DNA of 64,000 bases from an uncultured Clostridia bacterium (GCA_947630015.1 CANRFY010000006.1:13481-77480); one strand, 5' to 3'; shown: positions 1 to 9,787, numbered from the stretch's first letter. Made by a program: numbers and translations. The notes: generated by a model not told the origin, from the sequence alone.

Positions 1-74
1 ACATGAAAATCGCGTCGTAATCAATACATATATGTAAAAAAGTGATAGAAATGACGCACAGCGTCAATCAATTG

Positions 75-103
75 TTGACATCGATTATTAAAAATGATAC
101 AAT
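75..103 (+). promoter_or_regulatory. sigma-70-type promoter candidate for the 154-2475 gene
   Basis: TTGACA (75-80), 17-nt spacer, TG-n-TACAAT (95-103), about 50 nt upstream of the start codon. Confidence 0.5.
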
Positions 104-153
104 GAAACGCTGTCAAATTTATGCCAAATATCTTGTAAAAAGGAGGTAACGTC

Positions 154-2475
154 ATGGACAGTAACTACGCAGCAAACGCAATAAAGGAGGTCGCGATGCG
201 AATTCGCGATCTGAGGGAGATACTGGAGATTACGGAGGATGCGGCGGCGGCGGCGACTGACGTTACCGTCGATCAGTACCGCGCATACGAGCGCGGCGAT
301 CTCGATTACTCGTTTACATTTATTTATAAATGCGCGCAGCTTTTCGGCGTCGATGTGACCGACATCCTCAAGGGATCGAGTCCGAATCTGACCGAATATT
401 CGGTGACGAAAGCCGGAGGCGGTCTGCCGATCGTCCGCAGAAAGGGATTCTCATACAACAATTTAGCGCCGCTTTTTAGGAATAAGATCGCGGAGCCGTT
501 CTTCGTCGTCGCGAGATATTCCGACGCGGAGCAGAACGAGCCGATCCATCTGTCGACGCATGAGGGGCAGGAGTTCGACTACATAATCAAAGGCACGCTC
601 AAAGCGCAGCTCGGCGATCACATCGAATACGTATCGGCGGGCGATTCCATCTACTATGACAGCTCGATGCCGCACGGCATGATCGCCGCCGACGGCGGCG
701 ACTGCGAATTCATCGCTGTTGTGATGAACGCGAAGGGCCTCGCATACGAATATCCGGACGAGGACAGGACGCCCGTATCTGTGCCGCAGACGAGGGAGGC
801 GGACACGGGCAAGACGGTCGCCGACGAATTCGTCGATGTGGAGCTGAACGAAAACGGCACGCCGGTGAAGATCGCGTTCAAGAATACGGAGCGCTTCAAC
901 TTCGCATATGACACGGTCGAAAAGCTCGCCATTGAGCAGCCGGACAAGTTAGCGCTTATCCATCTCGATTCGGACAAGACGGAGCGCAGGTACACGTTCT
1001 CGCAGCTTGACCGCGACGTCAACATGGCGGCGAATTATCTCGTTTTGCTCGGGATCAAAAAGGGCGATCGCGTGATGCTCGTTCTGCGCCGTCACTATCA
1101 GTTCTGGGTATCGATTCTGGCGTGCCACAAGATCGGCGCAATCGTGATACCGGCGACGACGCAGCTGATGAAGAAGGATTACGTATACCGCTTCAACGCG
1201 GCCGGTGTCAGCGCAATCATCGCGACGAGACGCGACGGCGTCCCGGGCCACATTGACGAGGCCGTGCCGGAATCGCCGACGCTGAAATTGAGGCTCGCGG
1301 CCGGAACAGGCCCCGCGGAGCCTGACGGCTGGCTCGATTTCGACGCCGCGATCGCATCCGGCATATATTCGGACAAATTCCCGCGCACGCCGGAGACTCC
1401 GTGCGGCAGCGACACGATGCTGATGTATTTCACATCCGGCACGACGGGATATCCGAAGATAGCGGCTCACGCGTACACGTATGCGCTCGGCCACTACATG
1501 ACGGCGAAATACTGGCACAACGTCGACAAAAACGGCATTCACTTCACGATCTCGGACACGGGCTGGGGCAAAGCCGTATGGGGCAAGCTGTACGGTCAAT
1601 GGCTGTCGGAGACGGCTGTATTCGTATACGATTTTGACCGCTTCCACGCCGACGACATCCTGTCCGTCATAAGCAAATACAAGATCACGACATTCTGCGC
1701 GCCGCCGACTATGTATCGCTTCATGATCCGCGAGGATTTGAAGGCATACGATCTGTCGTCGCTGAAATATGCGACGACGGCGGGCGAGGCGCTGAATCCT
1801 GAGGTATACAATCAATTCTTGGCTGCGACGGGCATCCATTTGATGGAGGGTTTCGGCCAGACGGAGACGACGCTCGCGATAGGAAATCTTGTCGGCTCGC
1901 AGATCAAGCTCGGCTCGATGGGAAAGCCGAATCCGCAGTATGACATGGACATCGTGGACGCGGACGGAAATCCCGTACCCGTAGGCGAGACGGGCGAGAT
2001 CGTGATAAAGACGGACAAGGCGGTGCCGATGGGGTTGTTCAAGTTCTATTACGGCTCCGAGGAGCTGACGCGTCAGTCGTGGCATGACGGACTCTATCAC
2101 ACGGGCGACACGGCATGGCGCGACGAGGACGGATACTACTACTACGTTGGCAGAGTCGACGACGTCATAAAGTCGTCCGGCTACCGCATAGGGCCGTTCG
2201 AGATCGAATCCGTCATCATGGAGCTGCCGTATGTGGTCGAGGTCGCGGTCACGGCGGCGAAGGACGAGGTCAGAGGCTTTGTGGTCAAGGCGACCGTTGT
2301 CCTCTCGAAGGATCAAAAGCCGAGCGACGCGCTCGTGAAGGAGATTCAGAACTACGTCAAGGAGCATACGGCGCCGTATAAGTACCCGCGCATCGTCGAA
2401 TTCGTCGACAGCCTGCCGAAGACGATAAGCGGCAAGATTCGCCGCAACGTCATCCGCGGCGAGAGCGAGGAATAA
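154..2475 (+). CDS. XRE-HTH + cupin domain fused to AMP-forming acyl-CoA synthetase/ligase
   Basis: 773-aa ORF with GGAGG upstream. N-terminus has an HTH (VDQYRAYERGDLDYSF) and a cupin (HEGQEFDYIIKG...PHGMIA). The rest is an adenylate-forming enzyme core (MLMYFTSGTTGYPK, YHTGD, ISGKIRR). Confidence 0.85.
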   Translation: MDSNYAANAIKEVAMRIRDLREILEITEDAAAAATDVTVDQYRAYERGDLDYSFTFIYKCAQLFGVDVTDILKGSSPNLTEYSVTKAGGGLPIVRRKGFSYNNLAPLFRNKIAEPFFVVARYSDAEQNEPIHLSTHEGQEFDYIIKGTLKAQLGDHIEYVSAGDSIYYDSSMPHGMIAADGGDCEFIAVVMNAKGLAYEYPDEDRTPVSVPQTREADTGKTVADEFVDVELNENGTPVKIAFKNTERFNFAYDTVEKLAIEQPDKLALIHLDSDKTERRYTFSQLDRDVNMAANYLVLLGIKKGDRVMLVLRRHYQFWVSILACHKIGAIVIPATTQLMKKDYVYRFNAAGVSAIIATRRDGVPGHIDEAVPESPTLKLRLAAGTGPAEPDGWLDFDAAIASGIYSDKFPRTPETPCGSDTMLMYFTSGTTGYPKIAAHAYTYALGHYMTAKYWHNVDKNGIHFTISDTGWGKAVWGKLYGQWLSETAVFVYDFDRFHADDILSVISKYKITTFCAPPTMYRFMIREDLKAYDLSSLKYATTAGEALNPEVYNQFLAATGIHLMEGFGQTETTLAIGNLVGSQIKLGSMGKPNPQYDMDIVDADGNPVPVGETGEIVIKTDKAVPMGLFKFYYGSEELTRQSWHDGLYHTGDTAWRDEDGYYYYVGRVDDVIKSSGYRIGPFEIESVIMELPYVVEVAVTAAKDEVRGFVVKATVVLSKDQKPSDALVKEIQNYVKEHTAPYKYPRIVEFVDSLPKTISGKIRRNVIRGESEE

Positions 2476-2487
2476 GTATGGTTTTTT

Positions 2488-2537
2488 TGCAGGGAGGGAA
2501 GGAAACTTCTTGAAAGAAGTTTCCTTCCCTCCCTGCA
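2488..2537. repeat. perfect 23-bp-stem hairpin, member of an interspersed hairpin-repeat family
   Basis: tgcagggagggaaggaaacttct / tgaa / agaagtttccttccctccctgca. The T-run lies 5' of the stem, so this is not a canonical intrinsic terminator. Confidence 0.7.
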
Positions 2538-2804
2538 CCCTCCCATCTTTCAAGAACTTTTATTACAGGTTTTATTTTTAGATAAAGCGAATATAATTAG
2601 CTATCTTCAGGGCGGACTTAAGATAAACACGATTTGGTCCGCTTTTGTGCGGGGAACATCTCCTCGCTTTGCTCGGAGCTGTCACACTTTCCGCGTAGCG
2701 GAAAGTAACCTTTCTACAAAAAGGTTACCCACAATAATAAAAGCTGCTCCCCAACTTTACATCTTCACGTCTATATGGTACAATACAACAAACGGAGGTA
2801 TAAT

Positions 2805-3629
2805 ATGAAAACATTTGCATTTATACAGCTTGACGAGTTGGTTTCGCGGCTGCAATCGATCGCCGTATCGATCGTAGGCAAGCTTATATTCGCGCTGCTC
2901 ATTTTCATTGTGGGGCGGTCGATAATAAAGCTGATAAAACGCTCGTTCAAAAAATGGCACGCGAAGAAAAATCTCGGCGAATCCGCATACGGATTCATGA
3001 CGAGCTGCATCAACATCGTGCTGAATCTGATCCTTGTGCTGACGATCGCATCTGTGCTGGGCGTGCCGATGACGTCGATAATCACGCTGATCGGCTCCGC
3101 CGGTCTCGCCGTCGGACTCGCGCTCCAAGGCGGACTGTCCAATTTCGCCGGCGGCGTGATGATACTGATCTTCAAGCCGTTCGAGGTCGGAAATTACATC
3201 GTCTGCGGCGCGGATGAGGGGACGGTGCAGAAGATAAACGTCTTTTACACGACGCTTGTTACGCCTGACAACAGGCACGTCGTGATCCCGAACAGCACCG
3301 TATCAAACAGCTCCGTCACGAACGTGACCGTCGAGGGCGAACGCAGGCTCGACGTGCCGTTCAGCGTGCCGACGAGCGCGGATATCGACACGGTGAGAGC
3401 GGCGCTCCTGCCGCTCGTGGAGGGCGACGGCAGAGTGACCGGACGGGAAGCGCCCGTTGTGCGCATCGTGGGATACGGCGCGGGCTGCTACAATTTCGAG
3501 CTGCGCGTATGGTGCAAAACGGAATCGTTCTGGGACCTCAAATTCGAGCTTTTGATAAAGGTGCCGGAGAAGCTGTCGGAATCCGGCATCGAGATCGCGA
3601 AAAACGCTGTCGCGGTGGCGAAGGAGTAA
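2805..3629 (+). CDS. mscS: small-conductance mechanosensitive channel (MscS family)
   Basis: N-terminal TM helices followed by an MscS beta-domain-like region (GDYIVCG..GTVQKINVFYTTLVTPDNRHVVIPNS). ATG at 2805 is preferred over 2775 because GGAGG lies 7 nt upstream. Confidence 0.8.
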   Translation: MKTFAFIQLDELVSRLQSIAVSIVGKLIFALLIFIVGRSIIKLIKRSFKKWHAKKNLGESAYGFMTSCINIVLNLILVLTIASVLGVPMTSIITLIGSAGLAVGLALQGGLSNFAGGVMILIFKPFEVGNYIVCGADEGTVQKINVFYTTLVTPDNRHVVIPNSTVSNSSVTNVTVEGERRLDVPFSVPTSADIDTVRAALLPLVEGDGRVTGREAPVVRIVGYGAGCYNFELRVWCKTESFWDLKFELLIKVPEKLSESGIEIAKNAVAVAKE

Positions 3630-3784
3630 CGGGCGGCGAAACAGAAGCTTTCGCGGCGTCAAACCGTGACTGTATGCGGATTGTGTCTGCGGTCAAATTT
3701 GCCCGCGCAAATTTGCGGGGTGGGCTTGCGGGCGCGGGCCGGCAGTGATATAATTATGCAAGTAAAGGATCGGAGGTGTGCATA

Positions 3785-4462
3785 ATGAGATATGAGATCA
3801 TAGGCGAGCCGCTGCCCGTCGTGATATGCTATGTGGAGAACGGCGAGTCGCTCATAACGGAGCGCGGATCGATGAGCTGGATGTCGCCGAACATGAACAT
3901 GGAGACGAAAGCGGGCGGATTCGGCAGCGCGATCGGGCGGATGTTCTCCGGCGAGGCGATGTTCCAAAACATATACACCGCCATGGGCGGCGACGGGATG
4001 ATAGCGTTCGCATCGAGCTTTCCCGGGACGATAATGCCGTTCCACATCGAGCCGGGGCAGGAGATAATCGCGCAGAAATCGTCGTTTCTGGCGTCCGAGA
4101 CGGGCGTTTCGCTGTCGGTGCATTTCCAGAAAAAGCTCGGCGCGGGCCTGTTCGGCGGCGAGGGCTTCATCATGCAGCGCTTGTCGGGCTGCGGCGTCGC
4201 GTTTTTAGAGATCGACGGATACTGCAAGCGGTACGATCTTGCGGCGGGCGAACAGCTCGTCGTCGACACGGGATATCTCGCGGCGATGACGTCGACGGTG
4301 CAGATGGAGATAAAGACCGTCGCGGGACTGAAAAACAAGCTGTTCGGCGGCGAGGGATTTTTCAACACAGTGCTGACGGGACCCGGGTCCGTATGGATAC
4401 AGTCGATGCCGATAAGCGCCGTCGCCGGCGCGCTGTCGGGATTTATCCCGCACGGGAACTGA
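3785..4462 (+). CDS. AIM24/TIGR00266-family protein
   Basis: MRYEIIGEPLPVV...GEGFIMQRLSGCGVAFLEIDG...GEGFFNTVLTGPGSVWIQSMP is typical of the family. ATG at 3785 has GGAGG 8 nt upstream. Confidence 0.7.
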   Translation: MRYEIIGEPLPVVICYVENGESLITERGSMSWMSPNMNMETKAGGFGSAIGRMFSGEAMFQNIYTAMGGDGMIAFASSFPGTIMPFHIEPGQEIIAQKSSFLASETGVSLSVHFQKKLGAGLFGGEGFIMQRLSGCGVAFLEIDGYCKRYDLAAGEQLVVDTGYLAAMTSTVQMEIKTVAGLKNKLFGGEGFFNTVLTGPGSVWIQSMPISAVAGALSGFIPHGN

Positions 4463-4469
4463 TCATAAA

Positions 4470-4497
4470 GAAAAAAAGGGCCTCCGGCCCTTTTTTT
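4470..4497. terminator. bidirectional intrinsic terminator between convergent genes
   Basis: A-run, gggcc-tcc-ggccc hairpin, T-run. Confidence 0.75.
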
Positions 4498-4507
4498 ATG
4501 TGAAAGC

Positions 4508-5113
4508 TTATTTTTTCTGCGTGTAATTCTTCGTGAAGAAAAGCACGTATGCGATCATCGAGGCGATCATGAATCCGCCGCAGACGATCATCAGCACGAG
4601 CTGCGCCGTCTCGGAATGGAGCGGGATGAAGAGCATGACGGCGAACATCGCGTTCAGCGCGACTGTGCAGACCTTGCCGTACCATTTCGCGCCGGAGACG
4701 ACGCCGGTGCGCCGCACGGCGAAAAATCCCGACAGCACGGTGGCGATCTCCTTGACGGCGAGCAGAGCGAACAGCAGCCACGCATACGGATGCGTGATCG
4801 CGATGCAGACGACGAGCGTCGCCTGCGTCAGCTTATCGGCGAGAGGATCGAGCATTTTGCCGATGTCGGAGATCATATTGAACTTGCGCGCGATTATCCC
4901 GTCGGCGAGATCGGTGACGTAGGAGACGGCGAGGATGAGCGCCGAATAGAGCATCGTTTTACGGACGATGTAGAGGTAAATGAACAACGGTATCAGGGCG
5001 ATGCGGAGAACGCTCAACGCGTTCGGCAGCGTCAGCACGTCAGACGATTTCGTCCGTCCCTTTATGACGGGATACTTATCGTTCGTGTGTCCGGCAGCAC
5101 TGTTATTTTTCAC
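4508..5113 (-). CDS. pgsA: CDP-alcohol phosphatidyltransferase (phosphatidylglycerophosphate synthase-like)
   Basis: Motif D-x2-DG-x2-AR-x8-G-x3-D-x3-D is seen as DLADGIIARKFNMISDIGKMLDPLADK; the protein is polytopic. Confidence 0.8.
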   Translation of the reverse strand: MKNNSAAGHTNDKYPVIKGRTKSSDVLTLPNALSVLRIALIPLFIYLYIVRKTMLYSALILAVSYVTDLADGIIARKFNMISDIGKMLDPLADKLTQATLVVCIAITHPYAWLLFALLAVKEIATVLSGFFAVRRTGVVSGAKWYGKVCTVALNAMFAVMLFIPLHSETAQLVLMIVCGGFMIASMIAYVLFFTKNYTQKK

Positions 5114-6173
5114 TTCCGGTATCCTTTCTGGGAGTTCTTTTCTTTATTTTCGGCGTCGAGCCTTGGGCGCCGGAGGCGCCTACGTGCGCGAGCGGATTCG
5201 CCGCGACTGCCTGCTCCATGCCCTCGTTTGAGACGTGGGTGTAGATCTGGGTCGTGTTGAGCTGCTCGTGGCCGAGTATCTCCTTAAGCACGCGGACGTC
5301 GACCTGTCCCGTCTGATACATCAGGGTCGCGGCCGTATGGCGCAGCTTATGTGTTGAAAATTTCTTGTATTCGAGTCCGGCCTCGCCGAGATATTTACCG
5401 ACGAGCCATTGAACAGTTTTGACGCTGATGCGCGTCCCGCGCGACGACAAAAACAGCGCGGATTCGCCCTTCTGCTTTGCGGGCTGGGCGTTTCTGATCG
5501 GGAAATACGCGCCGAGCGCGGATCGGCACGCGTCGTTTAAATAAATGATGCGTTCCTTATTGCCCTTGCCGACGACGCGGAGCGACCGAAGATCGCGGTC
5601 GATGTCGGGAAACGAGATGCCGACAAGCTCGGAAAGCCGCATTCCGGTATTCAAAAACAGCGTGATAATTGCGTAATCGCGCTCCTTCGTCTTGGAGAGC
5701 GGATCGTTTTTCACGGCCTCTAACAGATCGAGACTTTCGTCGAGCGTCAGATGCTTCGGAAGCGTCTGCTTTTTCTTGGGCGTGTCGATGTTGGCGGCGG
5801 GATTGATCGGGATCGCGGCGCGATGCTCCGATTTCTGCGTCAGCCATTTGTAGAACGCGCGGATCGCGGACAGCTTGCGCGCGCGCGCGCAGGCTCCGTT
5901 GCCGCGGTCGTTGTTGACGAACTGCATGAATTCAAGCACGTCGGCGGTCGTGATCGCGGCGACGTCGTCGAGGGTGACGCCGGAGACGTCGGCGTCGTTC
6001 ATGGCGTCCTCGGTAACGGGCCACACGGCGCGGCGCGCCGTTATGTAGCGCAGGAATGTGCGCAGATCGAGACAATATTCCTCGACGGTGCGGGGCGAGC
6101 AGCCCTGTATCGCGGTTTTATACGATGCGAATTCGCGCACGACGGGCGGAAGCTCCGCCATATTGAATGCCAC
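5103..6173 (-). CDS. tyrosine site-specific recombinase, XerC/XerD-like
   Basis: Catalytic C-terminus HKLRHTAATLMY...LGHEQLNTTQIYTHV, plus an N-terminal SAM-like core-binding domain. Confidence 0.8.
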   Translation of the reverse strand: MAFNMAELPPVVREFASYKTAIQGCSPRTVEEYCLDLRTFLRYITARRAVWPVTEDAMNDADVSGVTLDDVAAITTADVLEFMQFVNNDRGNGACARARKLSAIRAFYKWLTQKSEHRAAIPINPAANIDTPKKKQTLPKHLTLDESLDLLEAVKNDPLSKTKERDYAIITLFLNTGMRLSELVGISFPDIDRDLRSLRVVGKGNKERIIYLNDACRSALGAYFPIRNAQPAKQKGESALFLSSRGTRISVKTVQWLVGKYLGEAGLEYKKFSTHKLRHTAATLMYQTGQVDVRVLKEILGHEQLNTTQIYTHVSNEGMEQAVAANPLAHVGASGAQGSTPKIKKRTPRKDTGSEK

Positions 6174-6518
6174 AGTACGACTCCGATCAAAAGCATATAC
6201 TGCACATATTATACAAAATTTCCTTGTGTTTGTAAATAGAAATCCCCGAATTTATTTTTTTCGGCGGCGCGATTTCGCACGTGCGCGCAAAACGGCGGTG
6301 AATTTGCGCAGATGGAAGAAATTATTAACGCGAATAAATGCAGTGTGACTAAATTTAAAAGGCAAATCGGGTTAGCATATCTTAACAAAAAGCGAAAAAA
6401 TATTTCGTAAAAAAATCGTGAAACTGCGTAAAATGTACGAAATGTTCACACAACCGTCACAAAGGCGTTATATAATATCATAACAGTATCCAACGATACA
6501 TATCACAGGAGGAAATCT

Positions 6519-7979
6519 ATGAAGAAATTTGTTTGCCTGCTGCTCGTCTTGGCGATGGCGGCAGTCCCGCTTGTCGCTTGCTCCGGCGGCGGCGAAACGG
6601 AAACAAAAGGCCCGACGGGCGGCACTCAGAATCCTGCCGACACTGGCGGCGAGGAAAAGGACGTCCTTGACATCCCCGCGGGAACCGACCTCGGCGGCGA
6701 GGAATTCGAGTTCTTGACGGAACAGCTCGAGGACTGGGGCTATTACCCGCTCGACTTTGACGAACCCGATTCCGACGACCCGTATGCGAACGCGATCTAC
6801 AACCGCAACACGGCTGTGGAGGAGCTTCTCCACTGCACGCTGACAGGCTCGACGCCCGGCGACGGCGGCGCTGTCCGTAAAGCGTTCCAGACGGACGTTG
6901 ACGCAAGCTCCGGCGACTACGACTTCTCGTTCATGCCCGTCAACGAGGCCCTGACCGTAACAGGTAACGGACAGGCGCTCCCGTTCGACCAGCTCACCTA
7001 TGTCGACCTCAACAAGTCATGGTGGGACGCATCCTGCACTGAGCAGACGGCTCTCGTCGGCAGAAACTACTTCGCAGCCGGCGACATCATGATCGGCGAC
7101 AAGGACGTTCTCTGGGGTATTTACTTCATTAAGAATCAGCTCAACGCGATCCGTGCAAGCGACAAATATAAGGACCTCGAGCATCCTTACGACGCTGTCA
7201 CAAACGGCACATGGACATGGGATCTTATGATGAAGTATGCGGCTGCCGGCGCACAGGATAACGACGGTACCGACGTCATCGAGTTCAGCTCCCCGTCCGA
7301 CGTTTTCGGATTTGCTACGCACCACGAGGACTTCCCGGCATCGTGGCAGTCCGCGGGCCTGAAGATGGCTGAGATCGACGACGACGGCGCTCCGTATGCA
7401 ACATGGGGTACCGAGGAATTCTTCAACGTCTACGCCGATATCCAGAATCTGTTCAACCAGCCCTACACGTACTGGACGCAAACTCCGACAGAGCTGACAG
7501 ACCTGTTCCAGAAGAACAGATCGCTCTTCATCACAGAGGTTCTTTCGTTCGTTCGCAAGTACCGCAGCAACGAAGAGCAGTTCGGTATTCTTCCTTATCC
7601 GAAGTATAACGAGAGCATCGACCATTACAACACGTACGTCGCCGTCAACAGCGCGGTCCTCGTAGTTCCTACGACGCTTGAGAACGCAAACGACACCTCC
7701 ATCGTCCTCGAAACGATGGCGGCTAAGGGTTCCGAGCTTATCATGGAAACGTACATCAACGAGCAGCTCGGCTACAGATACGTACATGATGAGGAATCCC
7801 GTGAGTCCGTTATGATCATCCTCTCCGACCGCTGCTACGACATGGGCGTCTTCATGAACCTCGGCTATGATCAGCTGAAGGCTTCTCTTAAAGTCAACCC
7901 GTCCGCACAGTACGCGGCTCTGAAGAAGAACCTTGGCAAGACGATCAACGATTATCTCGGCAAGCTTCTTGATTCGTGA
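6519..7979 (+). CDS. lipoprotein, extracellular solute-binding-protein-like (orphan)
   Basis: Signal peptide plus lipobox (PLVAC|S). Aligns by eye with the 8159-9616 paralogue. No permease or ATPase gene is adjacent. Confidence 0.6.
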   Translation: MKKFVCLLLVLAMAAVPLVACSGGGETETKGPTGGTQNPADTGGEEKDVLDIPAGTDLGGEEFEFLTEQLEDWGYYPLDFDEPDSDDPYANAIYNRNTAVEELLHCTLTGSTPGDGGAVRKAFQTDVDASSGDYDFSFMPVNEALTVTGNGQALPFDQLTYVDLNKSWWDASCTEQTALVGRNYFAAGDIMIGDKDVLWGIYFIKNQLNAIRASDKYKDLEHPYDAVTNGTWTWDLMMKYAAAGAQDNDGTDVIEFSSPSDVFGFATHHEDFPASWQSAGLKMAEIDDDGAPYATWGTEEFFNVYADIQNLFNQPYTYWTQTPTELTDLFQKNRSLFITEVLSFVRKYRSNEEQFGILPYPKYNESIDHYNTYVAVNSAVLVVPTTLENANDTSIVLETMAAKGSELIMETYINEQLGYRYVHDEESRESVMIILSDRCYDMGVFMNLGYDQLKASLKVNPSAQYAALKKNLGKTINDYLGKLLDS

Positions 7980-8016
7980 CGATCGATCCCGCAAGACAGA
8001 GCGGTAAATATCGAAT

Positions 8017-8051
8017 AAAAAGGAACCGGAGCGATCCGGTTCCTTTTTTTG
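8017..8051 (+). terminator. intrinsic terminator
   Basis: aggaaccgga-gcga-tccggttcct hairpin followed by a T7 run. Confidence 0.8.
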
Positions 8052-8158
8052 TTCCGTGCCGTCACACAACTTTCACAAAATCGTCACATGGAGTTCACAT
8101 ATATAGGCGTATTTAGTGGTATTATAATATTATCCAATACAAAATTTATGGAGGCAGT

Positions 8159-9616
8159 ATGAAACGGTACATAGCGCTTTTACTCGTCATGTTGATGGTC
8201 TTGGTTCCGCTCGCATCTTGCTCGGATAACAGCGGCAAAGGCGGCACGAACGAGACGGGAGGAGCCGGCGGCACATCCGCGGACTCATCCGGCGGCGACG
8301 GTGATGAAGTTGACGAGTCGGAGGTTCTCGACGTTCCGGCTAATCTCGAGCTTGGCGGCGAATTCACGATCCTCGCGCCTACGGTTCTTGCGGCGAACTA
8401 CACGCTGATCGACTTTGACGAACCCGACAACACAGACCCGTACAGAAACGCGATCTACAAACGCAATTCGTCGGTGGAGGAATATCTCGGCATCGAGATC
8501 GTGGAGACGGAGGCGACGCTCGGCTCCGATCTTTACAACAAGTTCAAGACATCGACCGAGGCCGGATCACAGGACTTCGACGCCTGCTTCAATAAAATGT
8601 CGGAATCCTGCCAGGCCGTCGGCTCGGGTCTCTGCCTCCCTTATGACGATATGCTCTACATCGACCTTGAAAAGGCTTGGTGGAACAAGGACTGCTCCGA
8701 GCAGCTCGCTCTCGGCAACAAGCATTACATGATCTCGGGCGATATCGCGCTCTCCGACAAGGAATGCATCTGGTGCATATACTTCACAAAGGACGTCATC
8801 ACGGAGCTGAATATGACGTCTCCGTTTGAACTCGTCGAGAACAACGAGTGGACATGGGATAAGATGCATGAGATGGCGAAGAAGGCCATCATCGACGCGA
8901 ATGCAAACGACGTTCTCGATAAGGACAATCACGACAGATGGGGCCTGATCACCCACATCGAAAACTGGGGCGCAATGTGGCAGTCCGCGGGACTCAAGCT
9001 TATAGAGCTTGACGAAGACGGCGTACCGCAGATCGCATGGGACACGGAGGAATTCTTCAACGTCTACACGAAGATCCAGGAGATCATGGGCGATAAGACG
9101 TGCGTATCCCCCGACGACGATAAGTTCATCGTTACCGCGTTCCCGGCAGGCAAGGCTCTGTTTGCTACCGAGGTCGTCGCTCACTCCCGCAACTACGCGG
9201 AGAACGAGTACGATTACGGTATAGTTCCGTTCCCGAAGTATGATACGACGATCGAAAGATATCTGTCCTACGTCGCGGATTACTCCAACGTCGTTGTCGT
9301 CGGATTCGACAATGCAGACACGGACCGCACGAGCGCCGTTCTCGAGACGATGGGAGCTTACGGCCATACGATGCTGACGCCCGTTTACTACGAGGAGCAG
9401 CTGAAGTCCCGTTTCGCGCGCGACCCGAAGACGCCAGAAATGCTCGATATCATCTTCCAGAACAGAAGCTATGACCTCGGCGTGTTCTTCAACTGGGGCG
9501 ATGCGAACAACCAGCTCAGAAGCGCTACCGCTAACCCGTCGGCTCTTATCTCGAGCCTGCGCAAGAACATAAATAAGCAGATCCAGCAGGATCTTATGAA
9601 GCTCGATCTGTTCTAA
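8159..9616 (+). CDS. lipoprotein, extracellular solute-binding-protein-like (paralogue of 6519-7979)
   Basis: Lipobox PLASC|S. Shared blocks include IDFDEPDNTDPYRNAIYKRN and WQSAGLK..E.D.DG.P...W.TEEFFNVY. Confidence 0.6.
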   Translation: MKRYIALLLVMLMVLVPLASCSDNSGKGGTNETGGAGGTSADSSGGDGDEVDESEVLDVPANLELGGEFTILAPTVLAANYTLIDFDEPDNTDPYRNAIYKRNSSVEEYLGIEIVETEATLGSDLYNKFKTSTEAGSQDFDACFNKMSESCQAVGSGLCLPYDDMLYIDLEKAWWNKDCSEQLALGNKHYMISGDIALSDKECIWCIYFTKDVITELNMTSPFELVENNEWTWDKMHEMAKKAIIDANANDVLDKDNHDRWGLITHIENWGAMWQSAGLKLIELDEDGVPQIAWDTEEFFNVYTKIQEIMGDKTCVSPDDDKFIVTAFPAGKALFATEVVAHSRNYAENEYDYGIVPFPKYDTTIERYLSYVADYSNVVVVGFDNADTDRTSAVLETMGAYGHTMLTPVYYEEQLKSRFARDPKTPEMLDIIFQNRSYDLGVFFNWGDANNQLRSATANPSALISSLRKNINKQIQQDLMKLDLF

Positions 9617-9647
9617 ACTGCGGGGAAAACAGAATAAAGAACGAATA

Positions 9648-9678
9648 CGAAAGCGGCCGTCGGCCGCTTTCGTTTTTT
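9648..9678 (+). terminator. intrinsic terminator
   Basis: cgaaagcggccg/cggccgctttcg stem followed by a T6 run. Confidence 0.75.
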
Positions 9679-9787
9679 GCGCGCGCACGCCGCAAGAAAA
9701 ATTTAAAAAAATTGCGCGCAGGTATTTATTTTTCGCGGGAAACGTGGTAAAATATCACCTTGTTGAATACGTTAGGCAGGTGGTAAA

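Noticed and set aside
2488-2537. Intrinsic terminator of the acyl-CoA synthetase gene
   Set aside because: The T-run precedes rather than follows the 23-bp stem on the coding strand. The element shares its architecture with the interspersed hairpin family, so it is listed as a repeat.
949-2553. 534-aa minus-strand ORF antisense to the acyl-CoA synthetase gene. Similar long antisense ORFs occur at 7017-8069, 8567-9688, 10055-10900, 27354-28226, 50547-51407 and 53921-54955.
   Set aside because: They are Arg/His-rich low-complexity translations with no motifs or RBS. They fully overlap genes with clear family signatures, which makes them typical shadow ORFs of GC-rich coding DNA.
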